From positions 32,001 to 96,000 of the IMG/VR virus record IMGVR_UViG_3300020474_002475: 64,000 nt of DNA. One strand, written 5' to 3'. Numbering within the stretch: position 1 is the first letter of the stretch; each line of letters begins with the position of its first letter. Below the pieces are notes generated by a model. That model made no database searches. It was not told where the DNA came from and worked only from the letters and a program-made list of their open reading frames with translations. The translations under genes were made by a program, and so were the position numbers. Positions 7,983 to 17,573 of this stretch are shown piece after piece. The DNA is from a virus.

Positions 7983-8469
7983 TGTCATCTTATTTGCTGG
8001 AGTATTATTAGTACTATTTGGTTGCTTTGGAGAACAAATTACTAATAGTGTTTTTAGTCCTAATATTCCTGTAGTAGAGGGATATGTGGTAGATGCGCCA
8101 GCCAATAAAGAACTGCTAGATAAAGCCAGAGTTATCATCGACATACTTAATGATTCTAATGATTCTACTACTCGCATGGACTGTTTAAAATTATCGTCAT
8201 TATATTCAGACCTTGCAACACTTGTTGAATTAGATGCAGATGATCAAGTAGTCAAAGATACAGCTACTATAAAAGAAGCTAATGGCTTATCCGGTAAAAT
8301 GCTAAGACTAGACATTAAAGACAAATATCCTGGATTAGCAGAAGCTTCTAAGGACTTAGTTGTAACCTCTATCGGAGAGGACGATGTTGCATTAGATAAA
8401 GACACTAGATCAAACGCAGTTGACGCATTCAGAGCATTAAGTTGGGCTTTTTACGAAGGTAGCAAATAA
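7972..8469 (+). CDS. Exported or membrane-anchored helical protein, possible lipoprotein
   Basis: MKNSVILFAGVLLVLFGC signal-like N-terminus ending in an imperfect lipobox (LFGC). Confidence 0.7.
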   Translation: MKNSVILFAGVLLVLFGCFGEQITNSVFSPNIPVVEGYVVDAPANKELLDKARVIIDILNDSNDSTTRMDCLKLSSLYSDLATLVELDADDQVVKDTATIKEANGLSGKMLRLDIKDKYPGLAEASKDLVVTSIGEDDVALDKDTRSNAVDAFRALSWAFYEGSK

Positions 8470-9395
8470 TGTCTAGAATGACGCCTCAATCTTTGTACGA
8501 TTCTTACAGGCAGGGTTATAGTGGATGCTTGTGGGAAGAACACATATTTGAAGAATTAATAGAAACCTCCAGATATGCATTCTTTAAAGAAGGAGCAAAA
8601 AGAATTAAAGATAGTGGCAAAGGTAAATTATCTACTCCATTTAAATCTGTATTAAAGTTTGATAAACGATCTTTTACAGAAAGACAAACTACAGGAGATT
8701 GTGTCTCTCACGCTACTCGTAATGCATGTGATTTAACAAGAGCAATTGAAATAGACATTAAAGGGGATAAAGAAAGCTGGATTGCTAGAGGGGCTACAGA
8801 AGCCATATATGGCTGTAGAGGCCATGGCGGTCAAGGTATGAGTTGTAGTCGTGCTGCTACTTTTGTAAGCCAAACCGGTGGAGTATTGGTTCGTAAAAAT
8901 TATCCTGGCGTTGCAGATTTTAGTAAATACAACAGTAAACTTGGAACCACTTGGGGTTCCAGAGGTTTACCAGATAAAGTAATAGATAAAGCCGATGATC
9001 ATCAAGTTAAAACCGCATCCTTGATTAAAACTGTAGAAGAAGCTAGAGACGCACTAGCTAATGGATATGGATTAAGTGTATGCTCTGGTTATGGATTTTC
9101 TAACAAAAGAAATAAACAAGGATTTGCAAGAAAATCTGGTAGCTGGTCACACGCAATGGCGTGGACGGCTTGTGATGATACAAATGGAGAACCTGCTTTT
9201 TTAGTACAAAATAGCTGGGGTAAATGGAATGATGGAGGACACCCAGAATGGGGTCCAATTCCAGATGGTTCTTTTTTAATACATGCAGATGTTGCAGAAG
9301 GTATGTTAAGGCAAAACGGAGCTTATGCCTTTAGTGACTTTAACGGATTTCCTCCACAAAAACTCCCGGACTACGGTTTCGTAGATTACTTATGA
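8469..9395 (+). CDS. Papain-like (C1 family) cysteine peptidase
   Basis: RQTTGDCVSHA (oxyanion Gln plus catalytic Cys), WSHAM (His), VQNSWG (Asn). Confidence 0.88.
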   Translation: MSRMTPQSLYDSYRQGYSGCLWEEHIFEELIETSRYAFFKEGAKRIKDSGKGKLSTPFKSVLKFDKRSFTERQTTGDCVSHATRNACDLTRAIEIDIKGDKESWIARGATEAIYGCRGHGGQGMSCSRAATFVSQTGGVLVRKNYPGVADFSKYNSKLGTTWGSRGLPDKVIDKADDHQVKTASLIKTVEEARDALANGYGLSVCSGYGFSNKRNKQGFARKSGSWSHAMAWTACDDTNGEPAFLVQNSWGKWNDGGHPEWGPIPDGSFLIHADVAEGMLRQNGAYAFSDFNGFPPQKLPDYGFVDYL

Positions 9396-9547
9396 AATTA
9401 TTAGATAAAATCGCTTTGAATAGCCTTGTAAAAACAATTACTAATTTTATATTAGCAATTTTAAAAATGTTTAAACCTACTGACATTACAACACCAAAGA
9501 ATAAAAGACCACTAAAGGATTTATTAGATAGGATATTTAAAAAATGA
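9392..9547 (+). CDS. 51 aa amphipathic protein (missing from ORF track)
   Basis: ATG 9392 to TGA 9547 gives MKLLDKIALNSLVKTITNFILAILKMFKPTDITTPKNKRPLKDLLDRIFKK; ATGA overlaps with both neighbours and fills the gap exactly. Confidence 0.75.
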   Translation: MKLLDKIALNSLVKTITNFILAILKMFKPTDITTPKNKRPLKDLLDRIFKK

Positions 9548-9825
9548 AAATTTTATTGTCTTGCATTCTAATAGCCTCTGTGTTTTTTGCCGTAAGTACA
9601 AATTACAGTACAACCGCTGTTGTTACATTGGTTGGTGGTAAAATTATTGCATCTCAAAAAGACACCCCTATTAAAAAATACAAGCGTAAAGATTGTCCAG
9701 TATGTAAAGGTAAAGGATGGTACATTAGCGGAGACGGTATCGCTAAAGTTAGCTGCGGATATTGCGAACCGGAAGATGGTAAAAAATCCATAGACTATTC
9801 CAATCCTTCAATAAAAATACGGTAA
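9544..9825 (+). CDS. Signal/TM-anchored protein with DnaJ-type CxxCxGxG zinc finger
   Basis: Hydrophobic N-terminus; CPVCKGKGW...CGYC. Confidence 0.75.
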   Translation: MKILLSCILIASVFFAVSTNYSTTAVVTLVGGKIIASQKDTPIKKYKRKDCPVCKGKGWYISGDGIAKVSCGYCEPEDGKKSIDYSNPSIKIR

Positions 9826-9829
9826 TACA

Positions 9830-10225
9830 ATGAATAAAATATTATTAGAGCAAGTTGCTGAAGATGTCTCTTGCGGAGCTTCTAAAAAATCACAAAATGA
9901 AAATTTTGGAAGTATTATTTTAACTATTATGATTGTAGGAATTATAGTTAATTTAATAAGGGTAACACAAGAATGCAATAAAAATAAAGTTAGAGATCTG
10001 GAGCAAGAAGCAAAAAATAAATATAATGCTGGACATATTAAAAACTTATGTGCAGATAGAGGATGGTTTACTAAAATGAGAATTAAAAAAGCTATTAGAC
10101 AACAATTAGGTTCAGAAAAATACAAAGAATATGGCAACGTATTATTAGATTCAATCATGGATACTGGTGAAAATCTCACGGATGATAAACTTATAGAACT
10201 TGTGGAGGTTTCAAACAATGTTTAG
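9830..10225 (+). CDS. Hypothetical membrane protein
   Basis: SIILTIMIVGIIVNLI TM helix. Confidence 0.7.
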   Translation: MNKILLEQVAEDVSCGASKKSQNENFGSIILTIMIVGIIVNLIRVTQECNKNKVRDLEQEAKNKYNAGHIKNLCADRGWFTKMRIKKAIRQQLGSEKYKEYGNVLLDSIMDTGENLTDDKLIELVEVSNNV

Positions 10226-10466
10226 TATTTTAATATGGTGTGTTTATGGCATATTTGTTGGAGCAATAGCTAAAAGCTTAGTTCCTGGTGAAGAAAATTT
10301 TGGTTTTTTTAAAACAGTAGCTCTGGGAGTTGCTGGATCGTACATGGGTGGAGCTATACATTATATGCTAGGCATGCAAAATGAGTTGGCACCATCTGGT
10401 ATTTTTATGGGTGTTGCTGGTTCCGTTATAAGCCTAATATTATATAATAAGTTAACTAAAAAATGA
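10218..10466 (+). CDS. GlsB/YeaQ/YmgE (transglycosylase-associated) family membrane protein
   Basis: WCVYGIFVGAIAKSLVPG...TVALGVAGSYMGG...GIFMGVAGSVISL three-TM pattern; GGAGG SD before ATG 10218. Confidence 0.82.
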   Translation: MFSILIWCVYGIFVGAIAKSLVPGEENFGFFKTVALGVAGSYMGGAIHYMLGMQNELAPSGIFMGVAGSVISLILYNKLTKK

Positions 10467-10720
10467 GTCACATAAATACATTAATTGTTTCACGAACGCA
10501 TTATGATAACATTATAGATCTGCATACTACTACAGAATATAGTGTTTTAATTAATATAGAATATTTAAAATCTTTTATAGATTCTCTTCCGTCTGGAATG
10601 TCTGCTATAGAATTAACTAATAGAATTAGTACATGGTCTAATAAAATATTAAGACTAGACATCAAGGATCTAGATCATAATATAATACTGTCAACCGTAC
10701 TGGAAGAAGAAGACCATTAA
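10463..10720 (+). CDS. Hypothetical protein
   Basis: 85 aa ORF, overlapping start. Confidence 0.6.
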   Translation: MSHINTLIVSRTHYDNIIDLHTTTEYSVLINIEYLKSFIDSLPSGMSAIELTNRISTWSNKILRLDIKDLDHNIILSTVLEEEDH

Positions 10721-10750
10721 AATTATTTAAAATAATAATACAGAGGAACT

Positions 10751-11737
10751 ATGAAAAGGATACTTATTACAGGAGCCGCTGGCTTCCTGGGATCTCATTT
10801 TGTCGAAGAGGTATTATTAAATACTGACTGGGAAATAGTTGCTTTATGTAGGCTTACATATGTTGGAGACATGGAAAGGATTGTACAAAGCTTACACGTT
10901 AAAGAGCATGCACATAGAATCAAGATTATATATCATGATTTAAAATTTGAGCTACCTTCTCACACCATTGAGGCCATAGGAGAGGTCGATTATGTAGCCC
11001 ATATAGCAGCTAATAGCCATGTTAGCAGAAGTATAATACATCCAAAACAATTTGTTGAGGATAATGTTGTAGGCACTGTAAACCTTTTAGAGTGGTACAG
11101 AAACAATTGTCCCAGAGCCCTGTTTATTAACTATCTAACAGATGAAGTCTTCGGACCTGCCCCAGAAGGCTATGATTTTAAAGAAGACGATAGATGGCGT
11201 CCTAGCAATCCATATAGCGCTAGTAAAGCAGGCCAAGGAGCTTTAGGTATTTCTTATTATAATACATATAAACTTCCTATTATACATACTTATACTATGA
11301 ATCTTTTTGGAGAAAGGCAGCATAAAGAAAAATTTGTTGCCTTAGCTATCGATCTTATCAATAAAAATCAACCAGTTAAAATTCATGCGAAACTAGACGA
11401 TCAAGGTAATGTAGAATATGTAGGACAAAGACACTGGCTTCATGCTAGAAATGCAGCTAATGCTACATTATTTTTATTCAAGCATGGACAAGCAGGAGAA
11501 CACTATAATGTGGTTGGAGATGTTGAGTTATATAACGACGATATGGTGCAAAGATTAGGCCAATTAATGAATAAAAAACCCAGATTACAATACGTAGATT
11601 TAGAAAAAAGTAGACCGGGACACGATAGAAGATACAGTCTTGATGGTAGCAAACTACGTAATATGGGATGGCAGCAACCAATTTCTTTTGACGATTCTTT
11701 AACCAAAACAATAGATTGGATATTAAGCGGTGAATAA
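10751..11737 (+). CDS. rmlB: dTDP-glucose 4,6-dehydratase
   Basis: ITGAAGFLG, LTYVG, AANSHVSRSI, TDEVFG, PSNPYSASKA, GERQHKEKF, RPGHDRRYSLD. Confidence 0.92.
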   Translation: MKRILITGAAGFLGSHFVEEVLLNTDWEIVALCRLTYVGDMERIVQSLHVKEHAHRIKIIYHDLKFELPSHTIEAIGEVDYVAHIAANSHVSRSIIHPKQFVEDNVVGTVNLLEWYRNNCPRALFINYLTDEVFGPAPEGYDFKEDDRWRPSNPYSASKAGQGALGISYYNTYKLPIIHTYTMNLFGERQHKEKFVALAIDLINKNQPVKIHAKLDDQGNVEYVGQRHWLHARNAANATLFLFKHGQAGEHYNVVGDVELYNDDMVQRLGQLMNKKPRLQYVDLEKSRPGHDRRYSLDGSKLRNMGWQQPISFDDSLTKTIDWILSGE

Positions 11738-12218
11738 GTATTCAACAGTTGTAGAGGATTGTTTTTGGATTCAGCCAACAATATTCCAAGACCATAGAGG
11801 TACATTTTCTGAAATATATAAAAGTTCTAAATTAGATAATTTATTTAAACCAGTACAAACAAACTATAGTTCTTCTAAAAAGGGTACAATAAGAGGTATA
11901 CACAGAACACCTTATGCAAAATATGTTACATGTATTAAAGGTTCTGTGTATGATGTATGCGTAGATTTAAGACCCTCAAGCAAAACTCATTTAGAACATT
12001 TTGGTATAGAATTAAAAGCTGATCAATTAAACAGTTTATATATACCTGCTTTTTGTGGACACGCATTTTTAGCACTTGAAGACTGCACACTAATCTATCA
12101 ACAGGATCATGAATATAATGCTAAGTTAGATCAAACTTATTGTTATAAAAATTTTGATATAGAGTGGCCTATGAAACCAACAATTATTTCAGATAAAGAC
12201 ACAGACATATGTCAATGA
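11730..12218 (+). CDS. rmlC: dTDP-4-dehydrorhamnose 3,5-epimerase
   Basis: FQDHRGTFSE, QTNYSSS, GTIRGIH, VYDVCVDLR, YIPAFCGHAF, IISDKD. Confidence 0.92.
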   Translation: MNKYSTVVEDCFWIQPTIFQDHRGTFSEIYKSSKLDNLFKPVQTNYSSSKKGTIRGIHRTPYAKYVTCIKGSVYDVCVDLRPSSKTHLEHFGIELKADQLNSLYIPAFCGHAFLALEDCTLIYQQDHEYNAKLDQTYCYKNFDIEWPMKPTIISDKDTDICQ

Positions 12219-13969
12219 CAATAAAAAGATCTGACTTACCAAAAGACTTTGATTGGAAGTTTTATTTAGATAACCATAAAGACTTAACTATAGCGGGATT
12301 ATCTACAGAAAAAGATGCTATAGCCCATTACTTTATGTTTGGTAAAAAAGAGGGTAGGATATATAAACCTGTTTGTGATAGCATTATAGACATTCATAGT
12401 CATAACCTTGTTCAACAGCCTACCACTTCTGATATAACACTATTTGTACAATGGTACGAAGATAAAGACACACAAGAAAATAGAATTAAATGTTTAAAGA
12501 AAAATCTTAAAAATAATAAAATTAATCATGTTCATATTTTCTATGAAAAAAATTCTGTGGAATCATTGTCTAAAATAATTAAAAAACACAAGCATGTATC
12601 AAAATCTTTGATTAAAAAAAGACTATCTTATTCAAATTGGATGTTATATGCAAATAAGAACTTCCCAGACGATATCAAGCTCTTAGCTAATTCTGACATT
12701 TATTTTGATAAAACAATTGATTTAATCAGAAAACAAAATTTTTCTAGTAATATATTTTATGGTATCACCAGAAAAGACCTGAATGAAGAAGGAGAAATTG
12801 TAGAAAGTAGCGATTACTTTCAAGACGATTCTTGTCCTACTAATCCAATGTATTCTCATGATGCTTGGGTGTATTTTAATTCGCCCCACCTACCACCAGA
12901 GACTATCAAAGAAGTCTTTAATTTAGACCTAGGTAAAGGCAATTGTGACAGACTATTTAAAAGGTTTTTAGCTGAACAAAAAATATCTTTTAAAAATCTA
13001 TACCCTAAAGTTAATGCAATACATATAGATCACAGAAAAGAAAAAACCAGAGAAAGTTATAATTTAGATTATCACCCTCGTCAAAAAGTTTTGGTTAATA
13101 TTAATCAATATATATCACGAGAAGACAGATTAGATTATCATGACAATAAATTAGAGTGTCTCTGCTTGTTGATAACAGCAAAAGAACTTGAAGACGGTCA
13201 GTATAAAACATTTATCGACAATCTTAAAGACTCAATGAGGTTTTATAAAAATAGATTAGCTGCTAGAAAAATACATTTTCGTATAATTAGAAATAAAATA
13301 AAAAAAGAAGCTATAGATATTAGCTATCTAAAAAGAATATTTAAAACAGTAGATATTATATATCTAGATATACCAGAAAAATATAATCACTATAATTCCA
13401 ATAACGATTTGAAAGATCAAACATATGGCAATCAGTCTGGTCCTTCGTATTCTTTCTTTAGTATTTTTGCAAACAGGTATTTAGAACGATTTAATACCAC
13501 ATTGTTTTTAGAGTGTGACTGTGTTTTGTTACCTAACTGGTTGTATAGAATTAATAATTATTGCAAACATGCTGGTTCTTTTCTAATTTCTGGCTCTCAA
13601 TATGATGGTCATAATTTTATGAAATACTATAATATCAATAGTCAGCACATGAATGGAGGAATATGCTTATATGCCACCAGTAGTAACATTCTAAATAAAT
13701 ATATGGATTTTTGTTTTGATTCTATGCCTCTTTATATAAAATATATTTCTAAGGACATACCATATGATTATATTATGTATTACGTATTAGAAAATAATTA
13801 CGACTACGATTTAAATAACAGAGAAATTTTTAAGTTTCTTAAAAAGAATATTATTTCAAATACTATTATATGCAATTATTCAAACAATATACCTGAGGAT
13901 ATAAATTTTTCTATAGAGAAGATAATAAGTAGATACAATCCTTGCATTATACACAAAAAGCTGAAATGA
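12209..13969 (+). CDS. Multidomain putative glycosyltransferase
   Basis: N-terminal FDWKFY...DL...AIAHY...GKKEGR module, then two GT-A-like regions (LANSDIYFD...SHDAW; FLECDC...HMNGG). Confidence 0.65.
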   Translation: MSMTIKRSDLPKDFDWKFYLDNHKDLTIAGLSTEKDAIAHYFMFGKKEGRIYKPVCDSIIDIHSHNLVQQPTTSDITLFVQWYEDKDTQENRIKCLKKNLKNNKINHVHIFYEKNSVESLSKIIKKHKHVSKSLIKKRLSYSNWMLYANKNFPDDIKLLANSDIYFDKTIDLIRKQNFSSNIFYGITRKDLNEEGEIVESSDYFQDDSCPTNPMYSHDAWVYFNSPHLPPETIKEVFNLDLGKGNCDRLFKRFLAEQKISFKNLYPKVNAIHIDHRKEKTRESYNLDYHPRQKVLVNINQYISREDRLDYHDNKLECLCLLITAKELEDGQYKTFIDNLKDSMRFYKNRLAARKIHFRIIRNKIKKEAIDISYLKRIFKTVDIIYLDIPEKYNHYNSNNDLKDQTYGNQSGPSYSFFSIFANRYLERFNTTLFLECDCVLLPNWLYRINNYCKHAGSFLISGSQYDGHNFMKYYNINSQHMNGGICLYATSSNILNKYMDFCFDSMPLYIKYISKDIPYDYIMYYVLENNYDYDLNNREIFKFLKKNIISNTIICNYSNNIPEDINFSIEKIISRYNPCIIHKKLK

Positions 13970-13973
13970 AATT

Positions 13974-14726
13974 ATGAAGATATACACTTATCATGAAGAT
14001 GTAGAATTTAAAAAACAATTAGAGCTTATAAAACTTTGGAAAGAAAGCTGGTCAAGACAAGGATTTGACCCAATTGTTCTAGATAGAAACGACGCTAAAC
14101 AATCACCTTTGTATCAACAATATTACGACTTTGTGCAAAATGTTCACAAAAAAAGTGTGGGTATTGAATTAAAAGATAATTCTTATTGGATGGCTGCTCA
14201 ATTAGAAATTGTAGCCTGGCACACAATAAAAGAACCCTCTTTTATATCTGACTATGATGTTATAAATAAAAACTGGCAATGTAGATGGCAGGATAAACAT
14301 GAATTAAAAGGCAAAGTTCACTGGAGAGATGATTGTTGTTCTTGTTTTGCTTCGGGTAATAGCTGGGGTTGGAAGAAGTACATACAGTTTCTCTTAAATA
14401 GTGAAGCCTGTATAATAGAATGGTGTAAAGACTGCAACAGAAAACGTCAAAGAACACATTTTGGTGATCAAGATTTTTTAATAGCTGTCAGCAATTTAGA
14501 AGATTTTATGCATAAAACAGTAACTATGACAAGATCGCACTTTAAGCTTTGTGTCGGGATAGATAATGTATATGGAGTAAATAAAGACAAGAGATTTGAC
14601 AATGCGCAAACATATCATTTAGGACATTCATCTCTTTACAAGATAATTAATGACAATCCAAAATATAAGGACTATGATGTTGATAGTTTAAGAATAAAGA
14701 TAGCTAAAGAAATTATGGAACTTTGA
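13974..14726 (+). CDS. Putative nucleotide-diphospho-sugar transferase
   Basis: WKESWSRQGFDP, FISDYDV (DxD), GDQDFL. Confidence 0.6.
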   Translation: MKIYTYHEDVEFKKQLELIKLWKESWSRQGFDPIVLDRNDAKQSPLYQQYYDFVQNVHKKSVGIELKDNSYWMAAQLEIVAWHTIKEPSFISDYDVINKNWQCRWQDKHELKGKVHWRDDCCSCFASGNSWGWKKYIQFLLNSEACIIEWCKDCNRKRQRTHFGDQDFLIAVSNLEDFMHKTVTMTRSHFKLCVGIDNVYGVNKDKRFDNAQTYHLGHSSLYKIINDNPKYKDYDVDSLRIKIAKEIMEL

Positions 14727-14729
14727 TAT

Positions 14730-15368
14730 ATGTACAATGAAAACCTTTTTGTAAACAATAAAATAATTACACAATTAAACAAAATAGTTGAACCTTATGC
14801 TCCTGAAGGGTTTGAGGGCAACTGCTTGTATCAACACGCCAGTAATTTTGTAATAGATAAAACTAAAAATATATTAAGACAAAATTTATATAATATATCC
14901 AAAAATGCAGAATCTATTATTGAGATAGGCATCAACGGAGGGCATTCTATTGCATTATTTTTATATTCAAATCCTAATTTAAAAATACTTGGTTTTGATA
15001 TATGTCAACACCCGTACACACGACCTTGCTGCAATTTTCTTTCTAGTGAATATAATTTTACTCTCATAGAGGGAGACACAAAACAGACACTAGCAGACCA
15101 TACCACAAATATAAAATATGATATTATTCATATAGATGGTGGACATACCACAAACGATCTAATGCAGGATGTGTACGACTGCAAAAGCTTTGCTCATGCT
15201 GATACAATAATAATTATTGATGATATCCCTAACCAAGAGGTATATCAAGGAGTAATTAATATGTGCAACAATAATACTATAGCAGATATTACAGAACATT
15301 TGCTGATGGATCGTAATGCGGGGATAATAGACTGTTCTTTTCATAGGTTTTTTGCTTACAAAAATTAA
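14730..15368 (+). CDS. Class I SAM-dependent methyltransferase (Methyltransf_24-like)
   Basis: IIEIGINGGHS, IEGDT, YDIIHIDGGH, IIIDD. Confidence 0.85.
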   Translation: MYNENLFVNNKIITQLNKIVEPYAPEGFEGNCLYQHASNFVIDKTKNILRQNLYNISKNAESIIEIGINGGHSIALFLYSNPNLKILGFDICQHPYTRPCCNFLSSEYNFTLIEGDTKQTLADHTTNIKYDIIHIDGGHTTNDLMQDVYDCKSFAHADTIIIIDDIPNQEVYQGVINMCNNNTIADITEHLLMDRNAGIIDCSFHRFFAYKN

Positions 15369-15371
15369 ATT

Positions 15372-15815
15372 ATGAATGATATATCTATAGAAGATTTTTA
15401 CAAAAATAATATTTGTAATAAATTCTTTGATGAAATAAACTACATTAAAAAGAATCCGTCTATTGGTGATTTTTATCAACCGCATTCTAAAGATAATGGT
15501 TTTTCTGAAAAAGAAAGATTATATTTTCATTGGTCCTTATATGGACTAGACATGGGACATGAGCCTTGTAAAGACAACAAGTATCATATTCATGCTTTTA
15601 TGATGGAGGAAATAAATAAATCAGAAAGTTTAACAAATGAAGATGAAAAAACTAAACTGCTAAAAGTTTTCTTTAATCTAACAAGAAACAATCTTTATGA
15701 TCCTTATATCTGCGAAGACGAACAAGATAAAAAAATTAATATTAATATCATAAGATATATGATTAAATCCATAGATTTAGATGTTCACGCAAAGGCTTTA
15801 TATTATTATGATTAA
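15372..15815 (+). CDS. Hypothetical protein with FDxxxY...HWxxYG module
   Basis: FFDEINYIKKNP...RLYFHWSLYG resembles the N-terminal module of ORF 12209. Confidence 0.6.
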   Translation: MNDISIEDFYKNNICNKFFDEINYIKKNPSIGDFYQPHSKDNGFSEKERLYFHWSLYGLDMGHEPCKDNKYHIHAFMMEEINKSESLTNEDEKTKLLKVFFNLTRNNLYDPYICEDEQDKKININIIRYMIKSIDLDVHAKALYYYD

Positions 15816-16662
15816 GTGTATATGTTCTTATTTTAATTATTACGAAGATGAATTAAGAAAGCAAAACTATATCAAATTTAGGAAAAATTTTGCACACGAT
15901 CTATTGACGGTAGAAGTGGCAAAAGATGAATCTGAATTTTTTATAGACGACGCAATACAAATCATTGCTAAACCAGAAAATTTATTGTGGCAAAAAGAAA
16001 GATGTTTTAATATAGCTTTAGAGTCGCTACCGCCTTCTGTTGATAAAATTGTGTGGGTAGATACGGATATTATTTTTCATAATAAAAACTGGTTAGACGA
16101 TTTAGAAACGCAATTAGATAATTATGCTTTTGTACAACCTTTTGAAAGAGTTGTTGAAATAAATAATCATTACAATCATAATTTAAATTGTTTTGGGTAT
16201 GGCAAACTTGTGTATGACAAAATACAAGATGGATCAACATTACCCGCAAGTATTGCTCAAGGCTTGTCTTGGGGTGTTAATAGAAGCATATTAAAAAATG
16301 GATTTTATGATAAACACATATTAGGCAGCAATGATGCTTTGCAATTAATTTCTTGGCTTGGTGATGTTTTTAACATAATATTGCTGCAATTACCACATTC
16401 CCTAATTATGGATTTCTTGGACTATTATAATGACATGGATCATTTCCTTGGTTCAAATATGAATTATTGCAAAGGTGTTGTTGAGCATATGTATCATGGA
16501 GACACATTCAAGAGAGGATATAACGCTAGGGAAAAACTATTCAGAGAAAATTTTGAGATTGATGATCTTGAAATTGACAACAATGGATTATATAAATTAA
16601 ACAATAATAAAAAACTGCTTGAAATAACCAATCATTTTTCTAACCTACCCACACACACATGA
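15808..16662 (+). CDS. Putative GT-A glycosyltransferase
   Basis: WQKERCFNIA, IVWVDTDIIF (DxD), ILGSND, HMYHG; start moved to ATG 15808. Confidence 0.72.
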   Translation: MIKCICSYFNYYEDELRKQNYIKFRKNFAHDLLTVEVAKDESEFFIDDAIQIIAKPENLLWQKERCFNIALESLPPSVDKIVWVDTDIIFHNKNWLDDLETQLDNYAFVQPFERVVEINNHYNHNLNCFGYGKLVYDKIQDGSTLPASIAQGLSWGVNRSILKNGFYDKHILGSNDALQLISWLGDVFNIILLQLPHSLIMDFLDYYNDMDHFLGSNMNYCKGVVEHMYHGDTFKRGYNAREKLFRENFEIDDLEIDNNGLYKLNNNKKLLEITNHFSNLPTHT

Positions 16663-17573
16663 ATAAAAACAATCTTGTAGTTTTAGCTGCTGCTGGTAGA
16701 ACTGGCACAAATTATGTTATGAATACTATAACTTCTGACAAGACTTATTATATGTTAGGTGAATTTTTTAATCATATCCCTTGGAATATCGTTTGGCACA
16801 CAGATTTACTTGCTAAAATGTTAGAAAAAAATAGTCCATATGTCTTTGAGTATAAAGATTGGTTTAAAGAATTATCATTATGCTACAAAAGAAATGGTAG
16901 GACAGTATTTAGTGAGAACGGTAATTTACTACAAAAAGATATGAGACGTTTTATAAAAATATCTAATTTACCATTGTTTGAAAACTGTATAAATTTTATT
17001 AATTATGAATTAAATCTAAACAGTGTACATAAAACATTTCTATTCCATACCTCTCTAATAGACACACCTGAAAATGATATAGACTTAGAAACACTATTAA
17101 AGCATTGCAATAATTTAGTAGTTGTATATAGAAATAATATTTTAGAGCAATACATAAGCGAACAAAAAGCTAATATAACTAACTTGTGGTATATAGGTGG
17201 TAACATAGTAAATACTGAAACTTATAAAATACGAATTAAAAAATCTCAAGAACTTAAATTACAATGGGATAAATCAAACTATGTGGAAAGACACAAGCAA
17301 ATAGAAGGATATTACAAAATACTATTGGAAATTTATAAAAATTATAATGGCAACAAATGTCAAATTGAATACGATGAACTTCATAGTCAAAAAAACAAAT
17401 TAGAGTATTTACAAGAAATATATAACAAGAATAATATTGATGTTACTATCAATACTGACAATTATAAACCTGCAATTAAATTAGCTAAAGACCAACCTTT
17501 AGAAGATAATTTCAGTAATTCTGAAGAATTTTTAAAAGACCTTCCCAGCATACCAATATTTTTTAAATCATGA
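16659..17573 (+). CDS. Sulfotransferase, Stf0-like
   Basis: GRTGTNY PAPS-binding loop, LGEFF, YRNNILEQYISEQKA, IEYDEL. Confidence 0.75.
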   Translation: MNKNNLVVLAAAGRTGTNYVMNTITSDKTYYMLGEFFNHIPWNIVWHTDLLAKMLEKNSPYVFEYKDWFKELSLCYKRNGRTVFSENGNLLQKDMRRFIKISNLPLFENCINFINYELNLNSVHKTFLFHTSLIDTPENDIDLETLLKHCNNLVVVYRNNILEQYISEQKANITNLWYIGGNIVNTETYKIRIKKSQELKLQWDKSNYVERHKQIEGYYKILLEIYKNYNGNKCQIEYDELHSQKNKLEYLQEIYNKNNIDVTINTDNYKPAIKLAKDQPLEDNFSNSEEFLKDLPSIPIFFKS

